A stretch of DNA of 64,000 nucleotides from NCBI GenBank assembly GCA_965223325.1, contig CBDCWI010000002.1:160001-224000 (forward strand), written 5' to 3'. The position numbers and the translations under genes were made by a program. The notes below the pieces were generated by a model. It was not told the DNA's origin and made no database searches. It saw only the letters and a list, made by a program, of their open reading frames with translations. The DNA comes from Candidatus Multivoradales bacterium. Lineage in GTDB: Bacteria; Acidobacteriota; Thermoanaerobaculia; Multivoradales; Multivoraceae. Numbering within the stretch: position 1 is the first letter of the stretch; every line of letters begins with the position of its first letter. This document shows positions 10,266-18,579 of this stretch, piece by piece.

Positions 10266-11480
10266 TCAGGACTCCTGGCGGAGCCTGGACAGCATGTCCT
10301 CGGTAGGAAAGCCCTGGACCCGGTACCGCGGCGGATAGGTCTCTTCCGGCTCGAGCAGGTCGCGGCAGTGACGGACGATGGCACCCCAGGTGAACTGCCC
10401 GAGCATTTCACCGTCCTGGCCGCGATCGGGGTCGAAGAGGACGACCTGATCGGTGCACGGCAGAAGACTCGGCAACGAGCGGATCCACACGCAGTAGCTG
10501 CAGAGGGAACCGGTTTTTGGTTCCTCGTTGGCCGAGAACGCGGCGACGAAGAGCTCTTCGCCGACCTGGTCCTGCAGACTCGGGCTCTGCTCCTCGTAGA
10601 GCGACAGGAACTCGAGCGTCTGGTTGCGACGCCAGGCTGGATAGAGCGCGTGGCTCTCGTCGAGGATCAACGGTTCGAAGTTGGGCCAGGAGCGCTTCCA
10701 GGCGAGCAGCGAGATCGGATGGGGGCCGGCGATGTGGCTCTCGGCCAGGGCAAAGGCGGTATCGAGGGCTCCGGTATTGGCCTCGTCGGCAATCAGGAGC
10801 AGGTTCTTGGTCGGCACGAGGACGATCGGGGCACCTTCGAGCGCCAGTTTCCTGAAGGTCCCGTCGAGGAGCATGCGGGCAGCGTCGTAGCCGTCGCCAG
10901 TGCCGAGAGCATAGAGACCGGGCTTGATCTCGACCGGGTCCTCGTCTGGCCGTGCCTCGAGGTTCTGCTGGGCGAGCGTCCGTGCCTCCTGCCAGTCGAC
11001 TCCCCAGCGCTCGAGGTCGGCATGGGTCACGAGCTGCACCAGGGTCGGGTGATCGACGACCAGCGTCACGCACAAGCGATCGGTGAGCCGCTCGTGGGGG
11101 AGCCCGAAGCTCTCCGGCGATTTGCCCTCCGCACAGGCGGCGTTCTGCTGCGTGCGCACCGCTTCGAGGTAGTAGAGATCGCGAACGGTCGGATAAATGC
11201 GGTTCGACACCTCGCTCCACGAGAGCGGTTCCTGGTCCTGGATCGAGGCGAACCCGTTGGCGTGCAGGTCGTAGAGCTTGCGCCGCTGCCAGGGCCACAG
11301 AGCAGCTGCCTCGCTGTAGATGTTGCGCAGGTAGTGCACCATCGATCCACTCCTGATGCGAAAGTTCTCCGGTTCGTAGACCGGTTCTTCGTATCCGGCG
11401 CGTTCGAGGGCGGCCACCATGGCGCGCGCGAACCTCTCGCGGTCGAGCCGGGGGTTCAGGAGGCGTAGGGCACGTCGCAT
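10266..11480 (-). CDS. Hypothetical protein, DUF1444/YtpQ-like central region
   Basis: 404-aa ORF with coding-like codon use. Central RIYP...LVVDHP...DLERWGV...A.QNL...DGYDAARML...VLVP resembles DUF1444. Confidence 0.55.
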   Translation of the reverse strand: MRRALRLLNPRLDRERFARAMVAALERAGYEEPVYEPENFRIRSGSMVHYLRNIYSEAAALWPWQRRKLYDLHANGFASIQDQEPLSWSEVSNRIYPTVRDLYYLEAVRTQQNAACAEGKSPESFGLPHERLTDRLCVTLVVDHPTLVQLVTHADLERWGVDWQEARTLAQQNLEARPDEDPVEIKPGLYALGTGDGYDAARMLLDGTFRKLALEGAPIVLVPTKNLLLIADEANTGALDTAFALAESHIAGPHPISLLAWKRSWPNFEPLILDESHALYPAWRRNQTLEFLSLYEEQSPSLQDQVGEELFVAAFSANEEPKTGSLCSYCVWIRSLPSLLPCTDQVVLFDPDRGQDGEMLGQFTWGAIVRHCRDLLEPEETYPPRYRVQGFPTEDMLSRLRQES

Positions 11481-11672
11481 GGGCAGGCTTGGGCTATGAC
11501 GGGAAGGGAAGCGGCAGGGGATCAGACGTTCGCAGGGGCTTGCGTCTAACCTAGTAATTCTACGACAAATTGTTATTAAGTCAATTCATTTCAAAGCCGC
11601 CAAAAGAGGTTTTCGTGGGCCCGGGGCCCCGTAGACCTGAGTCAAACCGGGGCAGGACGGCCACAAAGGCGC

Positions 11673-11690
11673 CTGGCATGCGACCTGCTA
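11673..11690 (+). promoter_or_regulatory. Sigma54 (-24/-12) promoter candidate
   Basis: CTGGCATGCGACCTGCTA has GG-N10-GC with TGGCA and TGCT flanks, about 150 bp upstream of the 11839 ATG. An AT-rich tract lies at 11545-11595. Confidence 0.65.
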
Positions 11691-11838
11691 GAGGTTCTGG
11701 TCCCTGCCCTTTTGTCTGTTCCCGTGTTCTGCGATTCTGCGATCCTGCGTTTTGTCTTCTGCCGTTGCCTTCCTGGTAGCGATCCACAACCAGGTCGGGA
11801 CCTCCCGACCACGACCGCCTGAGAGCGGAGGCCTCCCT

Positions 11839-13044
11839 ATGCACCGTGCCCATTTGCGGCTTTTCTTGTCCTTTTCCTGTGTCCTTCTCCTGGCCCTTGG
11901 CGGACTTCCCGCCGCGGCCGATAGTGGTCTCACCTTCGACACCGACGATGGTGGCGTGCGCCTCTGGTCACGCCCGATCGATCCCAGTTCGGGGCACGGC
12001 TACCCCGAGACCTCGCCGACCTACTTTGGCGATCCCGACGGATGGATCTGCATGGCGGAATTCGATGGCCGGCAGTACTTCCGCCTTCCCGACGCGTTCC
12101 TCGGTGACCGTTCCGATGCCTATGGCACCAGCCTTCTGTTCTCCCTGAAGGCGAACTCGGTCGGCAACCCACCGATCGCTGACGTGCAGCCCGACGTCAT
12201 CTTGCGGGGTGGTGGCTATTCGCTGGTCTACGACGGAATCGAGGACCCGACGCTCGAGTGGCGCGAGGACTCGGTGGCCCTGGTGGAGGCTTCCTTCACT
12301 CACGAGGGGAGCGAAGTCCCAGCCACCGAAGACGAACTGCGCCGGACGCTTGCACAGCTCAACGACATTCTGATCCGTGCTGAATATCAAGTGGGAGCCG
12401 AAGAGAACTGTCTCGATGACGTCAACCTGGCGGGTAACCGCGCGGCAGTGCCGCCGGCGAACACTTCGTCGCGCTTCAATCTCGGCGCCGACGGTTGGAC
12501 TGCGGTCAAGATCGGCGCCGGCGGTGGCATCGAGGCGACCGACCTGGTGTGGGAGGACACCGACGGCAACCCCGCCGGTCGGATCTGCGCTACAGATCCG
12601 GCCGGTGGAGCGACTCCCTATTTCCGCGCCCCCCTGAACTACACCAACGGTTTCAAGCGCGCCGGCGGCTCGTTCCTGGGATTCGATGCTCGTGCACGCC
12701 CCGAGGGTGCGCCGCTCACCGGGCCAGAGGATCTGATTCTGCTCGGCGACGCGGAGATGTTGACCTATAACGGGCATACACCCGACATTGACTGGCGGTC
12801 GCATCACGTGCCTCTGGCGGCCCCTGCCTGGACCGTCGACAGCACTGGCGAAATCGCGACGGATGCCGAGATCCTGGCGCTTCTCGCCGGTGGTGCCGAG
12901 TTGCTGATTCGGGCTGAGTTCATCTTCACCGAAGGGGACGTTGGATGTCTCGACAACGTCTTCCTGATCGAGCCTGGCTTCATGATGGACGGCTTCGAGA
13001 CCGGTGACACAAGCGGTTGGACATCGAGCGTCGGCCTACCTTGA
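11839..13044 (+). CDS. Secreted protein with two laminin B (domain IV)-like domains
   Basis: Signal peptide ending AAA-D. YFRLPDAFLGDRSDAYGTSLLFSL...DVILRG...TEDELRRTLAQLNDILIRAEY, and a second copy YFRAP...LLIRAEF. C-terminal DGFETGDTSGWTSSVG. RBS GGAGG. Confidence 0.75.
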   Translation: MHRAHLRLFLSFSCVLLLALGGLPAAADSGLTFDTDDGGVRLWSRPIDPSSGHGYPETSPTYFGDPDGWICMAEFDGRQYFRLPDAFLGDRSDAYGTSLLFSLKANSVGNPPIADVQPDVILRGGGYSLVYDGIEDPTLEWREDSVALVEASFTHEGSEVPATEDELRRTLAQLNDILIRAEYQVGAEENCLDDVNLAGNRAAVPPANTSSRFNLGADGWTAVKIGAGGGIEATDLVWEDTDGNPAGRICATDPAGGATPYFRAPLNYTNGFKRAGGSFLGFDARARPEGAPLTGPEDLILLGDAEMLTYNGHTPDIDWRSHHVPLAAPAWTVDSTGEIATDAEILALLAGGAELLIRAEFIFTEGDVGCLDNVFLIEPGFMMDGFETGDTSGWTSSVGLP

Positions 13045-13095
13045 CCGTCGCCTCTGACGGAGCCGGCGTCGCCTGAAGGAGCGCCGGAGCCGCCG

Positions 13096-13143
13096 AGCCC
13101 CGCAGATGATCTCGCAGTAGCGAGGGCGACTGCGGGGCTTTTG
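13096..13143 (+). terminator. Probable intrinsic terminator
   Basis: AGCCCCGCAG (13096-13105) pairs with CTGCGGGGCT (13130-13139), with an inner CTCGC/GCGAG stem, followed by a short T run downstream of the 13044 stop. Confidence 0.5.
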
Positions 13144-13262
13144 CGCGTAAGGCTCCCCTGGCCGGCCGCGCGCGGACTTTGGTTCCACCCATCGTGCATA
13201 AGACCCCTATGATGAACTCGGACCCCAACCCTTCTTCGAGAACGAACCCAGGCGAGGTACCG

Positions 13263-14150
13263 ATGGCGAAATCCCGAATCGAAGAGCGCGGCTACGCGCA
13301 CCCCGAGGCTCTCGTCTCGACGGACTGGGTTGCCGAGCGCATCCAGGAAGGAGATGCGCTCGATCCGACGATCCTTCTCATCGAATCGAACGAGGATCCG
13401 TTGCTCTACCCGTCGGGGCATATCCCTGGGGCGGTCGAGGTCGACTGGACCCGTGACCTCAACGATCCGGTGCGGCGGGACTATCTCGATCGTGAAGGGT
13501 TCGAGCGTCTGGCCCGACGCATTGGCCTCGCGCCCGAGACGACTGCGGTCTTCTACGGTGACCGCAACAACTGGTGGGCGACGTACGCCTTCTGGGTCTT
13601 TCAGCTGTTCGGTCACCAGAACGCACGGGTGATGGATGGCGGCCGCATCAAGTGGCTCGCCGAGGAGCGCCCGATGACCCGTGAGGTGCCCGAGCGCGAA
13701 GCAAGCAGCTACCGCGCGAAGGAACGCGACGATCGAACCGAGCGCGTCTTCCGGCGGGGAGTCGTCCAGCATGTCGAGACCGGCGGCCAGCTGGTCGACG
13801 TGCGCAGCCCGCAGGAGTTCAGCGGTGAACGGCTGCACATGCCGGACTATCCAAACGAAGGTGCGCTGCGCGGTGGACACATCCCAGGCGCCTCGAACAT
13901 TCCCTGGGCGACTGCCATCGACGAGGATGGCACTTTCAAGGATTCTGAGACGCTGCGCGCCATCTACAGCCGCGACCATGGCATCACCGGCGACCGTCCA
14001 GTGATCACCTACTGCCGCATCGGCGAACGCTCGAGTCACACCTGGTTCGTGCTCAAGTACCTTCTGGGCATGGAGAACGTGCGTAACTACGACGGCTCGT
14101 GGACCGAATGGGGAAACCTGGTCGGCGTACCGATCGCCAAGGATGTCTGA
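13263..14150 (+). CDS. Thiosulfate/3-mercaptopyruvate sulfurtransferase (tandem rhodanese, SseA/CysA type)
   Basis: GHIPGA twice, active-site [10 protein letters not shown]-terminal YDGSWTEWG. Confidence 0.95.
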   Translation: MAKSRIEERGYAHPEALVSTDWVAERIQEGDALDPTILLIESNEDPLLYPSGHIPGAVEVDWTRDLNDPVRRDYLDREGFERLARRIGLAPETTAVFYGDRNNWWATYAFWVFQLFGHQNARVMDGGRIKWLAEERPMTREVPEREASSYRAKERDDRTERVFRRGVVQHVETGGQLVDVRSPQEFSGERLHMPDYPNEGALRGGHIPGASNIPWATAIDEDGTFKDSETLRAIYSRDHGITGDRPVITYCRIGERSSHTWFVLKYLLGMENVRNYDGSWTEWGNLVGVPIAKDV

Positions 14151-14646
14151 GCGCGAGAACCCGACCCAAGCGCCTGGGCCGCCGCAGTCGCTCCGCGAAC
14201 TGCTCGAGGTCTTCGAACTCACCCTGGATCGCGGTGAGCGCATCCAGATGCTGATCGAGATCGCCGACCGCTTCAAACCGGTGCCCCCCGAAGTCGCACG
14301 CGAGCCCTTCGACGAGACCCGGAGGGTGCCGAACTGCGAGTCGGAGGTCTTTGTGTGGGCAGAGCCCCGGCCCGCCAGCGACCAAGGTGCTGCTGCACTC
14401 GACTTCTACTTTGCCGTTCAGAACCCGCAGGGCATCTCTGCCCGGGCGATGGCGGTGATCCTCGACGAGCATCTCTCGGGCCGTCCGCTTGCGGAAGTGG
14501 CTGCGGTGCCCCCTGATCTGCCCCTCCTCCTGTTCGGGCAGGAACTCTCGATGGGCAAGAACATGGGGCTGACCGGCATGCTCCGCATGGTGCAGCTCTA
14601 CGCCCGCCGCGCGGGGAAGAGCGGTGGGATTGAGCCAGAGGAGTGA
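14143..14646 (+). CDS. sufE: SufE family sulfur acceptor protein
   Basis: [12 protein letters not shown] with the conserved Cys; overlaps the sulfurtransferase stop. Confidence 0.85.
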   Translation: MSERENPTQAPGPPQSLRELLEVFELTLDRGERIQMLIEIADRFKPVPPEVAREPFDETRRVPNCESEVFVWAEPRPASDQGAAALDFYFAVQNPQGISARAMAVILDEHLSGRPLAEVAAVPPDLPLLLFGQELSMGKNMGLTGMLRMVQLYARRAGKSGGIEPEE

Positions 14647-14756
14647 GCGACAGGGAGCGTGATTCCGTGTCAGGATCAGTGGCGAAGCGATGGCGGCGTT
14701 TCGATGCCGTGGTACACGACGTCCCCTGATCATCGATACGGCGGCAACAGCGGTGG

Positions 14757-14837
<81 letters not shown>

Positions 14838-14930
14838 CTCGGTCGAGCCAAGGTACTCGAACCGGCGCTTCGATCGGGGTTGTCGTCGTCCGTGCGCCAG
14901 CGCCTGACCCGCTGGTAAGCTGGCGAGACT

Positions 14931-16403
14931 TTGACCCTCGCCTCTGCTCAGTCTTCCGCAGCCCAGGCCCGCGTCGCTCCACACAGTGAAGCCTCGGAAC
15001 GCGCGGTGCTCGCGGCGATCATCCTCGACTCACAGCGCAACTTGCCGGTGACCGCCGGGCGCCTCCACGTCGAGGACTTCTATCTCGAGCGCCACCAACG
15101 GATCTACGAGTCGCTCCTGGCCCTACAGGAGAGCGCCACCGGCATCGACCTGCGTACCGTCCAGGCGGACCTCGAGCAGCGTGATCTGCTCGAACGTGCC
15201 GGTGGGCTCGCCTACCTTGCGGGGCTCGAGGTCGATCTGCCGGATCTCAGCCGCATCGAGGACTACGTCGAAATCGTCAAGGAGCGTGCTCTCAGGCGCC
15301 GCTTGATGGCGGCCTGCGATGACACCTACAAAGCCTGCTTCGACGGCGGCATGGTCGCCAAAGAAGCTCTCGGGGTCGCCGAACAGGCAATCCTCGAGCT
15401 TGGCGAGGAGGCCATCCCGCGCGGTTTCGCCCAGCTCGGCGACGTTTTTCGCGAAACCCTGGTCGATCTCGAGAAGCGGCCCGATAACCCGTTCCCGGGC
15501 ATCGACACCGGCTTCATCGACTTCGACCGCATGACGCATGGTCTCCACCCGGGTCATCTGTTGATCATCGCCGGTCGACCGGGGATGGGGAAGTCGAGTC
15601 TGGCGATGAACATCGCCACTCACGTGACCGCCCGAGAGAACAAGGCCGCAGCGGTCTTCTCGCTCGAAATGAGTGCCCAGGAACTCGGCCTGCGGGTTCT
15701 TTGTGGCGAGTCGGGGGTTTCGTTTTCGCGCCTACGCAAAGGCCGGCTGTCGCAGCGCGAGTGGACCACCCTTCGCGAAACTATTGCAGCCCTGTCGCAC
15801 TCCAAGCTCTACATCGACGACTCGGCGAGTGCCACGTTCCTCGAGGTCGCTTCCAAGGCCAGGCGCCTCAAGCTCGAGAAGGGTCTCGATCTGCTGGTCA
15901 TCGACTATCTGCAGCTGATGAGCTCCGGCGGTCGCTTCGAGAATCGCAACCTCGAGATCGCGTCGATCACTCGCGGTCTCAAACAGCTGGCGAAGGACCT
16001 GCAGATCCCGGTGATGTGCCTCTCGCAGTTGTCGCGCCAGACGGAACGACGCGGGTCCGATCGTCGGCCTCAGCTGGCCGACCTGCGCGAGTCGGGTGCC
16101 ATCGAACAGGACGCCGATCTGGTCGGCTTCGTGTACCGCGACGAGGTCTACAACCCGGATGACCCGGGCAATCACGGTCTGGCCGAGCTGATCGTCTCCA
16201 AACACCGCTCGGGCGAGACCGGCACGGTGCACCTGGCGTTCATCGGCGAGATCACCAAGTTCTGCAACCTCGAACACCACGCCACGCCGCCGGGTGGTCC
16301 GGGCTTCGATAACGACCTCGACCCGGTACCGCCGGGACCGCGGCGTATCGAGGATCCACCCGCAGCGCTGTTTGACGATCCCGACGACCTGCTCGACCTC
16401 TGA
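14931..16403 (+). CDS. dnaB: Replicative DNA helicase
   Basis: PHSEASERAVL N-terminus, AGRPGMGKS Walker A, IDYLQLM, LSQLSR, DLRESGAIEQDAD. No intein visible. Confidence 0.97.
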   Translation: MTLASAQSSAAQARVAPHSEASERAVLAAIILDSQRNLPVTAGRLHVEDFYLERHQRIYESLLALQESATGIDLRTVQADLEQRDLLERAGGLAYLAGLEVDLPDLSRIEDYVEIVKERALRRRLMAACDDTYKACFDGGMVAKEALGVAEQAILELGEEAIPRGFAQLGDVFRETLVDLEKRPDNPFPGIDTGFIDFDRMTHGLHPGHLLIIAGRPGMGKSSLAMNIATHVTARENKAAAVFSLEMSAQELGLRVLCGESGVSFSRLRKGRLSQREWTTLRETIAALSHSKLYIDDSASATFLEVASKARRLKLEKGLDLLVIDYLQLMSSGGRFENRNLEIASITRGLKQLAKDLQIPVMCLSQLSRQTERRGSDRRPQLADLRESGAIEQDADLVGFVYRDEVYNPDDPGNHGLAELIVSKHRSGETGTVHLAFIGEITKFCNLEHHATPPGGPGFDNDLDPVPPGPRRIEDPPAALFDDPDDLLDL

Positions 16404-16407
16404 GGAC

Positions 16408-17565
16408 ATGTTCGAGGCCACCGAGGCGTGGGTCGAGATCGACCAGCGGGCACTGTGCGCCAACCTCGAGCGCCTCTCTGGCCGCGTCGGTTCATCGGCC
16501 GCGGTCATCGCGGTGGTCAAGGCCGACGCCTACGGTCACGGCGCGACCGATGCAGCGAGGGTCCTCCGCCAGGAGGGTGTCGAGTGGCTGGCGGTGGCGA
16601 GGTTCGACGAAGGCCTGGCCCTTAGACAGGCGGGTATCGATGGCCGGCTGCTGTTGCTCGATCCGCTACCGGTCGAGGCAGCGCGGGCGGTCGCGGAGCT
16701 CGGTGCGACGGCCGTGGTGTCGAGCGTCGAACAACTGCGCGCCTGGAGTGCGCTCGGTGAACCGGCCCGGGTCCATTTGAAGGTCGACTGCGGTCTCAGT
16801 CGCCTGGGCATCGAGGTCGATCGCCTCGCCGAGGTCACCGAGCTCTTGGCCGGGAGTTCCCTCGTGGTCGAGGGAGTGATGGGACACCTGAGCGAATCCG
16901 AGGCGCTCGACGATGACCAGACGCCGACCGAAGAGCTGCGCTTCCAGCGCTTCGCAGATGGGCTCGAGAGCACGCTTCTGAACTCGAGCCGACCTCTCCG
17001 GCATCTCGCCAACTCCTGCGGCGCAATGTACTGGCCCACCACTCGTCTCGACCTGGTGCGCTGTGGCGGTGCCCTCTGGGGCCTTGACCTGGCGCGGGTG
17101 CGCGACGCTTCAAACGGCTCCGGACTCGAGCCAGTAATGCGGGTCGTCGCGCCGTTGGTGCAGATTCGCAGAGTCGCGGCCGGTACGCGGGTTGGATACG
17201 GTGGAACCCTTGTCACCGCGAGGCCGAGTGTTCTCGGCGCGGTGGCAGTGGGTTACGCCGACGGCTATCCCTCGATCCTCGGGCGCCTGGAGAGCGGCGC
17301 CAGGGCACTTTGGCACGGGCACTCGGTGCCGATCGCGGGCGCGGTGAGCATGGATCTCCTGCTGCTCGACTTGACCGACGTCGCGAACGCGCGCGGCGAT
17401 GAGGCGCTCCTGGCCCGGGACAGTCCGCCGGTCGTACTTCTCGGCCGCGACGGCGAAGAGCTCATCAGAGCAGCCGAGCTCGCACGCGCCGCCAACTGCT
17501 CGCTCTACGAGGTCACCACGCGCTTTGGCCAGCGCCTGCCGCGTTGCGTGGTTCGCCGGCGGTAG
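16408..17565 (+). CDS. alr: Alanine racemase
   Basis: AVVKADAYGHG PLP-lysine motif, HLANS, VGYG, GYADGYP; directly follows dnaB. Confidence 0.95.
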   Translation: MFEATEAWVEIDQRALCANLERLSGRVGSSAAVIAVVKADAYGHGATDAARVLRQEGVEWLAVARFDEGLALRQAGIDGRLLLLDPLPVEAARAVAELGATAVVSSVEQLRAWSALGEPARVHLKVDCGLSRLGIEVDRLAEVTELLAGSSLVVEGVMGHLSESEALDDDQTPTEELRFQRFADGLESTLLNSSRPLRHLANSCGAMYWPTTRLDLVRCGGALWGLDLARVRDASNGSGLEPVMRVVAPLVQIRRVAAGTRVGYGGTLVTARPSVLGAVAVGYADGYPSILGRLESGARALWHGHSVPIAGAVSMDLLLLDLTDVANARGDEALLARDSPPVVLLGRDGEELIRAAELARAANCSLYEVTTRFGQRLPRCVVRRR

Positions 17566-17589
17566 CCCACCCCATTGTCGAAGGGGCCG

Positions 17590-18483
17590 CTAAAGGCTTG
17601 GGTCGTGGCCGGTGATGCGACGGAAGGCGCTCAGGTAGCGCTCGAGCGTTCCCTGGACGACCTCCTCGGTCAACTCCGGCGGTGGCGAGGCCTTGTCCCA
17701 GCCGGTGCCATCGAGCCAATCGCGGACCGGCTGTTTGTCGAACGAGACCGGTTCGGTGCCCGGCTGCCACTCGGAGGCCTCCCAGTAGCGTGAGCTGTCG
17801 GGGGTGAGCACCTCGTCGATGAGCACCAGCTGCCCGTCGATCCAGCCGAGTTCGAACTTGGTGTCAGCGAGGATCAGCCCCTCGCGGGCGGCCAGGTCGC
17901 GCCCGGCGGAGTAGAGGTCGAGGGTCTTGTCGCGGAGGGTACGGGCGAGCTCTTCGCCGACTCCGGCGATCAACGTTTCGTAATCGATGTTTTCATCGTG
18001 ACCCTCTTCGGCTTTGGTGGCCGGGGTGAACAAGGGCTCTGCGAGCCGATCGGCACGTTCGAGCCCCGGTGGCAAGTCGTACCCGCACGCGCGGCCATCC
18101 TGTTGATACTCCCGCCAGGCGCTCCCGGCGATGTAGCCGCGCGCGACGCATTCGTAGGGAATCACCTCGGCCTTTTGAACCAGCACCGCGCGTCCGTCGA
18201 GCACGTCACGCTGGGCCTTGGCGGCGGCTGGGAAGTCGCCCACCTCGGTGGCCAGGAGGTGGTTGGGAATGCGATCGCTGAGGCGATCAAACCAGTGATT
18301 GGTCAGCTGGTTGAGAATCTTGCCCTTACCAGGGATTCCCGGTTGCAACACGTAGTCGTAGGCAGAGATGCGATCGCAGGCGACGATCAGGAGCTCGCTG
18401 CCGAGGTCGTAGATGTCGCGGACCTTGCCACGACGCGGTTCGGGCAGGCCTGGAAGATGGCTCTCGAAGAGGGGTGCGTTCAT
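17590..18483 (-). CDS. purC: SAICAR synthase
   Basis: GKVRDIY, DRISAYD, ECVARGYIAGS, FTPATKA, ADTKFELG, DEVLTPDSSR. Confidence 0.97.
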   Translation of the reverse strand: MNAPLFESHLPGLPEPRRGKVRDIYDLGSELLIVACDRISAYDYVLQPGIPGKGKILNQLTNHWFDRLSDRIPNHLLATEVGDFPAAAKAQRDVLDGRAVLVQKAEVIPYECVARGYIAGSAWREYQQDGRACGYDLPPGLERADRLAEPLFTPATKAEEGHDENIDYETLIAGVGEELARTLRDKTLDLYSAGRDLAAREGLILADTKFELGWIDGQLVLIDEVLTPDSSRYWEASEWQPGTEPVSFDKQPVRDWLDGTGWDKASPPPELTEEVVQGTLERYLSAFRRITGHDPSL

Positions 18484-18579
18484 GAAGCTACCTCGAGCAA
18501 GATCGTCGGTGCCCCCAAGCGTTCCCGTTCGAAGCCTCTCGAGAGGGCGGTTCGTCCGGTCGTACCAGTGAGGGGCGTT

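Noticed and set aside
11630-11720. Possible c-di-GMP-I riboswitch (GTCAAACC...GG...CAAAG)
   Set aside because: No GNRA-capped P2 stem or receptor helix, and the segment overlaps the sigma54 promoter candidate, which explains it better.
14931-16403. Intein in DnaB
   Set aside because: Length (490 aa) and motif spacing are normal; only a short acidic Pro-rich C-terminal tail is extra.
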